NCBI GenBank assembly: GCA_041749515.1
Contig: JBGTBF010000043.1
Location: 85,526-149,525 of the forward strand
Origin: Planctomycetaceae bacterium
GTDB taxonomy: Bacteria; Planctomycetota; Planctomycetia; Planctomycetales; Planctomycetaceae
Length of the DNA: 64,000 nucleotides
Direction: 5' to 3'
Below the pieces are notes generated by a model that was not told the origin of the DNA, did not search any database, and saw only the letters and a list, made by a program, of their open reading frames with translations. This document shows positions 58,092-64,000 of the stretch, piece by piece (position 1 is the first letter of the stretch; each line of letters opens with the position of its first letter). Both the position numbers and the translations under genes were made by a program.

Positions 58092-59291
58092 TTGCCTGTC
58101 TCTGGAAATGAGATGCTGATTCCTGAGTTTGATTTTGATCCACGTACCCGCGTTCTGTTTGGTGCGGGTATGTTGTCTCGACTGAGCCAGGAAGTGATTG
58201 GTTACGGCGGGACACGCGTATTGCTGGTGAGTGATAAAGGTCTTAAAGAGGTTGGGCACGAGTCCCGGGCAGTGAAGATTTTGTCCGATGCCGGTTTGCA
58301 TGTCGAGGTCTTTGACGACGTGCATCCCAACCCGACAACCTTGGACATCGAGCTGGGCACCGCGTTTGCAAAAGATCAGCAGATCGATTTCATTGTTGGT
58401 CTGGGTGGTGGCAGTAGCATGGACTGTGCGAAAGGGATTAACTTTCTGCTCACCAATGGCGGACGGATGCAGGACTACCACGGCGTTGGCAAGGCGACCA
58501 AGCCAATGCTGCCAATGATCGCGATTCCCACAACTTCCGGCACAGGCAGTGAAGCGCAATCCTACGCGGTCATCGCCGATCCAGACACGCACATGAAAAT
58601 GGCCTGCGGCGATAAAAAAGCGGCTGCAAGGTTGGCGATTCTTGATCCAGAGTTGACCGTCACCATGCCGAAGGCGGTCACCGCAGTGACCGGAATCGAT
58701 GCGATCTCGCACGCCCTCGAAAGTTTTGTAACGACAAAACGTGGACCGGTTTCCAGTTTGTTCGGGCGACAGGCCTGGCAACTTTTGAACAATTCGTTCA
58801 TACAGGTGCTCACAGATCCCCATGACATCGACGCCCGGGGAGCGATGTTACTGGGAGCTCATCTGGCTGGCTCAGCGATAGAGAACTCGATGTTGGGTGC
58901 GACACATTCACTGGCGAATCCGCTGTCTGCTCATTTCGGTTTGACGCACGGAGTTGTGATTGGAATTCTGTTGCCGCATGTCATTCGCTTTAATGCAGAA
59001 GTACCCGACGTCCGTAAGTTGTACGGAATTCTGGCAGCAGATGTCGGCCTCTGCAAAGAGTCCGATCCCTCCGCAGGCCAGCACTTGGCAAAGCGTGTGC
59101 AAGACTGTGTTCGTACCGCCGAATTACCAACGGCGCTCATTGATTGCGATGTCGATGAAATGCTGATCCCGGTCTTGGCGCAGGAAGCTGCAAAGCAATG
59201 GACTGCTCAATTCAATCCACGACCTGTTGACCCGATATCTCTGGAGAAACTGTATCGATGCGCATTTCACAACAACAACAACAACAACTAA
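58092..59291 (+). CDS. Iron-containing (group III) alcohol dehydrogenase
   Basis: [10 protein letters not shown] motif, metal-binding His residues (…HALES…, …[16 protein letters not shown]…). C-terminus ends in six Asn residues encoded by an (AAC) tract. Confidence 0.85.
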   Translation: MPVSGNEMLIPEFDFDPRTRVLFGAGMLSRLSQEVIGYGGTRVLLVSDKGLKEVGHESRAVKILSDAGLHVEVFDDVHPNPTTLDIELGTAFAKDQQIDFIVGLGGGSSMDCAKGINFLLTNGGRMQDYHGVGKATKPMLPMIAIPTTSGTGSEAQSYAVIADPDTHMKMACGDKKAAARLAILDPELTVTMPKAVTAVTGIDAISHALESFVTTKRGPVSSLFGRQAWQLLNNSFIQVLTDPHDIDARGAMLLGAHLAGSAIENSMLGATHSLANPLSAHFGLTHGVVIGILLPHVIRFNAEVPDVRKLYGILAADVGLCKESDPSAGQHLAKRVQDCVRTAELPTALIDCDVDEMLIPVLAQEAAKQWTAQFNPRPVDPISLEKLYRCAFHNNNNNN

Positions 59292-60550
59292 GTGTCGATG
59301 AAGCAATCGCTTCCATAATCAGCGGATCGGCACTCGCGGTTCGGTCCCGTAGACAGGGAAGCCACCAGCGTTCTAAACCTGCTTTGCAGTCATCGATTCT
59401 ACTATCAACGCTAAGATCTGCTTGTCTTTCCGCCCTGTTGGCATTCATGACGTTCGCAAATGTCCATGCAGAAGACACGACCAGTTGGAAGTCCTTTCGC
59501 AATGGCCCACAAAATCTGGGTGTCACAGAAGCGACGTTGCCAGATGAACTCGAACTTCTTTGGGAAATCACAACGCCCGATGGTGTCACCTCTACGCCCG
59601 TCATCAGCAACGGTAAAACATACGTGGGTTCACTCTCGGGTGATCTCCATAGTATTGACCTGAAGACTGGAAAAGTTGAGTGGTCGTACCGCACAAAAGA
59701 ATCGGCCAACCCGAAAGAATTCGCCCCCGGTTTTAATGCCCCGTTGTCTATGAATGACAAGCTGGTTTTCGGCGGCGATGACTTTGGCATCTTTCATGCT
59801 GTGAACATCGAGACGGGCAAGAAAGCATGGACTTTCGAAACCGAAGGCGAGATTGTCGGCGGATCCATTGTCATCAAAGACAACGTAATCTTCGGTTCGC
59901 ACGATGGTCACCTGTACTGCTTGAACACTCATACCGGCGAAAAAGTCTGGGCGGCGGATACTGGCGGACCTGTCAATGGAACGCCGTGTGTGATTGGCAA
60001 TTTGACCTTCACAACGGGCTGCGATAAGCCCATTTTGCGAGTCTTCAATCTTGAAACCGGTGAGGAAGCTGGCGAAGTTCCGCTTGATGCATTACTGCTT
60101 GCATCAGCAGCAGCGAAGGACGACAAGCTCTACTTTGGTTCAGATGGTGGGATTGCGTTTGCACTCGACTGGCAGAAGAAAAGCCTCGACTGGGAGTTCT
60201 CGGTTCCCAATCGCAAACAACAGATGCAGTCCTCGCCCGCCATTACCGAAACAGCGATCATCCTTGGAAGTCGCGACAAAACTCTCTACGCGTTAGACCG
60301 TAAAACCGGCGAGTTGAAGTGGTCGTTCCAAACCCGTGGTCGCGTTGACTCCTCGCCGGTCGTCTGTGGCAAACGCATCTTCTTTGGCTCTTCAGACAAA
60401 AACATTTATGCACTGAACCTCGAAGGTCAAGAAGTTTGGAAATACTATGCCAAACAATCCATTACCGGATCGCCCGCGATTGTCGATGGGTACATGGTCA
60501 TCGGCACCGATTCGTCGAATGGTCGGATTTTGTGCTTTGGCAAGAAATAA
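59258..60550 (+). CDS. Secreted PQQ-like beta-propeller repeat protein (BamB-like family). The start is more likely the TTG at 59384 than the ATG at 59258.
   Basis: Signal peptide [24 protein letters not shown]. Repeated blade motifs (…[13 protein letters not shown]…, …[14 protein letters not shown]…, …[14 protein letters not shown]…). Confidence 0.75.
   Translation: MRISQQQQQQLSVDEAIASIISGSALAVRSRRQGSHQRSKPALQSSILLSTLRSACLSALLAFMTFANVHAEDTTSWKSFRNGPQNLGVTEATLPDELELLWEITTPDGVTSTPVISNGKTYVGSLSGDLHSIDLKTGKVEWSYRTKESANPKEFAPGFNAPLSMNDKLVFGGDDFGIFHAVNIETGKKAWTFETEGEIVGGSIVIKDNVIFGSHDGHLYCLNTHTGEKVWAADTGGPVNGTPCVIGNLTFTTGCDKPILRVFNLETGEEAGEVPLDALLLASAAAKDDKLYFGSDGGIAFALDWQKKSLDWEFSVPNRKQQMQSSPAITETAIILGSRDKTLYALDRKTGELKWSFQTRGRVDSSPVVCGKRIFFGSSDKNIYALNLEGQEVWKYYAKQSITGSPAIVDGYMVIGTDSSNGRILCFGKK
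59268..59289. repeat. Trinucleotide microsatellite (CAA/AAC)x7, spanning the ADH stop codon and the 5' end of the next ORF
   Basis: cacaacaacaacaacaacaact. Encodes HNNNNNN-stop in the ADH frame and QQQQQQ in the +1 frame ORF starting at 59258. Confidence 0.8.
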
Positions 60551-60735
60551 AAACTCGCTCCGTCTCACCGATAAAACACCGGTTGGTCAACGCGGACCGC
60601 AAACCCGACAATAGCGCCAGCAAAGCTGTATCCGTTGAGTGTTACACCTCAAGTTCAAATCCAGACATGCACCGGGTCAAGATTCGATCCAACCAAAACA
60701 GGCGGGGCAGGCACGTTAAGTACCAGGATGACAAC

Positions 60736-61707
60736 ATGACAAAACGACAAATTGGATCAACCGATATTTTTGTTTCTTCGGTCGCAATGGGCTGTTGGCC
60801 GATCACCGGGATTACGAGCATTGATGTCACGCATGAAAACAGCATCGCCACGCTGCAGGCTGCCAGAGAGGCAGGGATCAACTTCTTTGATACGGCTTAC
60901 ATCTACGGTTACGAGGGGGAAAGCGAGCAGATGATTGCAACAGCACTTGGAGATTATCGCGACGAGATCGTGATTGCTTCAAAGTGTGGACTGCACTGGG
61001 ATGCGAATCATCAGCAGGTTCGCGATGCCCGTCCCGAGCGAATTCTCCAGGAGTGCGAAGCAAGTTTGCGTCGCCTGAACACCGACCGCATCGACTTGTA
61101 CTACCTGCATGCGCCTGATCCCAATGTGCCGCTTGCCGACTCTGCGGGAGCGATCAAAGAGTTACTCGATGCGGGAAAAATCCGAGCTGCGGGTGTTTCC
61201 AACTTTTTGAAGATCGAGCAGTACGAAGAATTTAACTGTGTTTGCCCCATTTCAGCAGATCAACCGCACTACAACATGCTTCAGCGAGAGATTGAATCAG
61301 AGCGACTCCCCTGGTGCCGGGCACACCACGTTTCGGTCTTCGTGTACTGGCCACTGATGAAGGGCTTTCTTGCGGGAAAACTAAAGCGAGATCATACATG
61401 GGATTCGAAAGATGGTCGGCAAAAGTATCCGATCTTCGTCGGCGAGGAATGGACGAAGACGCATGACTTTGTCGATCAGTTACTTCCGCTTGCTGCGGAA
61501 ATGGGAATCACCCTTGCCCAACTGGCCGTCGCCTGGGTCATTCAGCGAAACGGAATCACCGGCGCGTTGTGCGGTGCGAAACGACCTGCACAAATCATCG
61601 AGACCGCACAAGCCATGCAGGTCACGTTTTCGACACAACAACTCGAACAGATCGATCTCGCCATTGCAGAGCGGGGAACATTGAATTCTCGACCCGCTGT
61701 GAGTTAG
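60736..61707 (+). CDS. Aldo/keto reductase
   Basis: MTKRQIGSTDIFVSSVAMGCW…GINFFDTAYIYG…IDLYYLHAPD…AAGVSNF. 323 aa from the ATG at 60736. The track's 5' extension overlapping the previous gene is unlikely. Confidence 0.85.
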   Translation: MTKRQIGSTDIFVSSVAMGCWPITGITSIDVTHENSIATLQAAREAGINFFDTAYIYGYEGESEQMIATALGDYRDEIVIASKCGLHWDANHQQVRDARPERILQECEASLRRLNTDRIDLYYLHAPDPNVPLADSAGAIKELLDAGKIRAAGVSNFLKIEQYEEFNCVCPISADQPHYNMLQREIESERLPWCRAHHVSVFVYWPLMKGFLAGKLKRDHTWDSKDGRQKYPIFVGEEWTKTHDFVDQLLPLAAEMGITLAQLAVAWVIQRNGITGALCGAKRPAQIIETAQAMQVTFSTQQLEQIDLAIAERGTLNSRPAVS

Positions 61708-61847
61708 AGAATTTCCAGAGACAAATGTCTGAGATGGGTACATTCGGCGTTTTGAATGAGTCACGCTTGAGCGTTTTTGGTCCTGTGTTTTCTTAAACGC
61801 AGAGGGTGCGGTGATGCGGAGCATCGCAGATGGCTTTCCAGCGCGAT

Positions 61848-61953
61848 GGAGGTGTGATGATCGCGTTTGGAATGAAAGAAGATTTGTTATTGGGAGTTTT
61901 TCATTTGTCTTTGAAACATTTGCAGACGGTCGCTGACCTCTCCGAAGTCAGTG
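61848..61953. repeat. About 105-bp intergenic repeat element (copy B) ending in a REP-like hairpin ctgacctc-tcc-gaagtcag
   Basis: Aligns with 44049..44163, including the conserved ggaggtgtgatga and atttgttattggga blocks. Confidence 0.7.
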
Positions 61954-61970
61954 GGGCATTAACGCAAGCA

Positions 61971-63509
61971 TTACTTGGACCAGTAGGTACGATCCAGAGT
62001 GCGGTAATTGATTGCTTCGGTGAGGTGAATCACGTCGATCTTCTCAGCTCCTTCGATGTCTGCAATGGTGCGGGAGATGCGCAGGATTTTATCGTGGGCG
62101 CGGGCAGAAAGGCCCATCTCTTCCATCGCCATTTTGAGAAGATCTTCAGCCTCTTTTGAAAGCTGGCAATACTTGCGAATCATACGCGTCGCCATCATCC
62201 CGTTCAGCTTGGCTGGCTCGCCTTTGAAACGGTCACGCTGTATCTCTCTTGCCTTGATGACATTCTCACGCATCGACTGAGAGTTGGTTCCAGTTGTTTT
62301 GCTGGAAAGATCTCGAAACGGAACCGGTGGTACCTCGATATGGATATCAATTCTGTCGAGCAACGGACCGCTGATCTTTGAGAGATAGCGCTCGACCATC
62401 ATAGGAGTACAGTTGCATTGTCGTTTTGGATCACCGCGAAATCCACACGGACACGGATTCATCGCAGCCACAAGCATCAAACTTGCGGGGAATGTGGCAC
62501 TTCCTATCGCTCGCGAAATTGTGACTTGATTCTCTTCAAGTGGTTGCCGCATCACTTCTAAAGTGCGGCGGTTGAATTCGGGAAGCTCATCAAGAAACAA
62601 CATGCCATTGTGTGCCAGTGAGATTTCGCCCGGTTGCGGTTTGCTCCCACCGCCGACTAAACCCGCTTCGCTAATCGTATGATGCGGCGAACGAAACGGC
62701 CGTTGCAGTAACAAGGATTGTCCTTCGGGCAGGCAACCGATCGCGCTGTAAATGCGCGTGGTCTCCAAACTCTCTTCCGCAGACAAGTCTGGCAAGATCG
62801 TCGCTAACCGCTGCGCGACCAACGTCTTGCCTGTTCCAGGTGAGCCAATCATCAACAGATGATGCCGACCAGCCGCAGCCACCGTGACTGCCCGCTTGGC
62901 CATCTCTTGACCTTTCACATCCGCGTAGTCAATCGAATAGCCACCGAACTCATGAACCGCATCCGACCAACTGAATGGTTCGGGATCGATATGATGTGCC
63001 CCTGAAAAAAATCCGACCGCTTCCGTCAACGAGCCCACCGGGATGACTTCAAGTCCATCCACAACAGCCGCTTCTCTGGCATTTTCCACAGGCACCAACA
63101 GCCCGCGTCTTCCATCGTGACGAGCCTGTAATGCCGAAGAGAGACAACCCTTGACCGGTCGTACTGTCCCTTCCAAGGCAAGTTCACCGACCACGGAATA
63201 ATCTTTGAAGGCGGGCGATTCAAGTTGCCCGCTCGCTGCCAACATGCCGAGGGCGATCGGAAGATCAAAAGAGGGAGCTTCCTTGGGAAAATCCGCTGGC
63301 GACAAGTTGATCACAATCCGATCCACTGGTCGTGTGTAACCACTATTGACAAGTGCCCGTTCGATGCGATGAATACTTTCTTTCACCGCCGCTTCAGCAA
63401 GCCCAACCAAGACCGTTTTCGGCATGGAGGCGGGAGAGATATCAACCTCAACATCTACCGATCGGGCGTCGATTCCAAATAACGAATAAGTCAGTAGTTT
63501 CGCCAGCAT
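61971..63509 (-). CDS. YifB/ComM-family Mg-chelatase-like AAA+ ATPase
   Basis: N-terminal Lon-protease-like domain (MLAKLLTYSLFGIDARSVDVEVDIS), Walker A GSPGTGKT, and a C-terminal Mg-chelatase ChlI-like region with a CPCG zinc motif. Confidence 0.85.
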   Translation of the reverse strand: MLAKLLTYSLFGIDARSVDVEVDISPASMPKTVLVGLAEAAVKESIHRIERALVNSGYTRPVDRIVINLSPADFPKEAPSFDLPIALGMLAASGQLESPAFKDYSVVGELALEGTVRPVKGCLSSALQARHDGRRGLLVPVENAREAAVVDGLEVIPVGSLTEAVGFFSGAHHIDPEPFSWSDAVHEFGGYSIDYADVKGQEMAKRAVTVAAAGRHHLLMIGSPGTGKTLVAQRLATILPDLSAEESLETTRIYSAIGCLPEGQSLLLQRPFRSPHHTISEAGLVGGGSKPQPGEISLAHNGMLFLDELPEFNRRTLEVMRQPLEENQVTISRAIGSATFPASLMLVAAMNPCPCGFRGDPKRQCNCTPMMVERYLSKISGPLLDRIDIHIEVPPVPFRDLSSKTTGTNSQSMRENVIKAREIQRDRFKGEPAKLNGMMATRMIRKYCQLSKEAEDLLKMAMEEMGLSARAHDKILRISRTIADIEGAEKIDVIHLTEAINYRTLDRTYWSK

Positions 63510-63953
63510 CACAGCCTCAGATGGTGAACATAGGGTCACTGCATTCTGATGGTCTTAAGAAACGAACGCAAGTCACCACTGTTCTCTTGCCCAATACACA
63601 CCACTTTGATGAAACATCCAACAATTCAAGGCAATTTTGCATACTACACTGTGCTAACACGCGTGACAGAATGGATAGGGAATGATATTTCAAGTGCTTC
63701 TGTATTAAAAATAGAGGAAATAAAGTAGAATTGGAGTACATAAACGCACCGCGTTAAGTTTAATATAAACGGTTCAATTTATGTGCTTGTATCATTTTCG
63801 TTTGATTTCAAGCCAAGATAATGTTTAATGTTCGTAAATCTCATTTCAATCTTCATGTCATCTTAGAGCGGTTCCATAGGTGATCTTTACACATTTCAGA
63901 GATTTCGAATAGACTTGCATCTTTTGTGGCTCAGGACGCTCAAGGAGGATGCG

Positions 63954-64000
63954 ATGCCAGCGCCGTTGTCGGTGGATTTGCGGGAGCGAGTGGTGGTGGC
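63954..64000 (+). mobile_element. 5' end of an IS630-family transposase ORF (MPAPLSVDLRERVVV…), truncated by the window edge
   Basis: aaggagg SD 8 nt before ATG 63954. The N-terminal DLRERVV helix-turn-helix start is characteristic of IS630/Tc1-type transposases. Only 15 codons are visible. Confidence 0.45.

Noticed and set aside
60436-60735. 5' extension of the aldo/keto reductase ORF overlapping the upstream PQQ-propeller gene by 115 bp
   Set aside because: The extension has no AKR homology and overlaps a confidently called gene. The internal ATG at 60736 with an agga RBS gives a normal 323-aa AKR.
61830-62159. 109-aa plus-strand ORF
   Set aside because: Starts in repeat copy B (using its conserved SD-ATG) and reads antisense into yifB. 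The paralogous repeat copy A gives only a 19-aa peptide, so it is not a conserved protein.
1-64000. CRISPR arrays / rRNA operons
   Set aside because: No short regularly spaced direct repeats and no rRNA-like conserved blocks anywhere in the window. The only repeats are the two dispersed hairpin families and the AAC microsatellite.

Overview
This 64 kb window is planctomycete-like chromosomal DNA (GC about 50%). It carries hallmark Planctomycetes families: a PSCyt/DUF1549/DUF1553 protein, a DUF1559 prepilin-like H-X9-DG protein with its small lipoprotein partner, and PQQ-like beta-propeller proteins. It is mostly housekeeping: pntAA-pntAB-pntB, trpE, deaD, leuA, rph, lpdA, tex, glnII, a bioF-like gene, mutS, a fused aroD/aroE, csrA and two tRNAs (Glu-UUC, Cys-GCA). 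Mixed in are lineage-specific secreted and membrane proteins. I found no CRISPR array, rRNA or obvious defence island. The most unusual content is: (1) a periplasmic DSP-type phosphatase whose C-terminus ends in a CxxCH motif placed as in class II cytochrome c' domains; (2) two families of hairpin-forming intergenic repeats, a 105-115 bp element ending in a REP-like hairpin with covarying stems and a conserved SD-ATG, and a 170-185 bp element with a 24-bp internal inverted repeat and 19-23 bp flanking direct repeats in one copy; (3) an orphan Flp pilin next to a large GT-C/DUF2079-like membrane protein; (4) a TPR, ExbB/TolQ-like, 2-TM, SPFH-GYF gene string with no ExbD; and (5) an IS630-type transposase beginning at the 3' window edge behind an AT-rich tract. 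All calls rest on reading the translated ORFs and the sequence by eye. No database searches were run.
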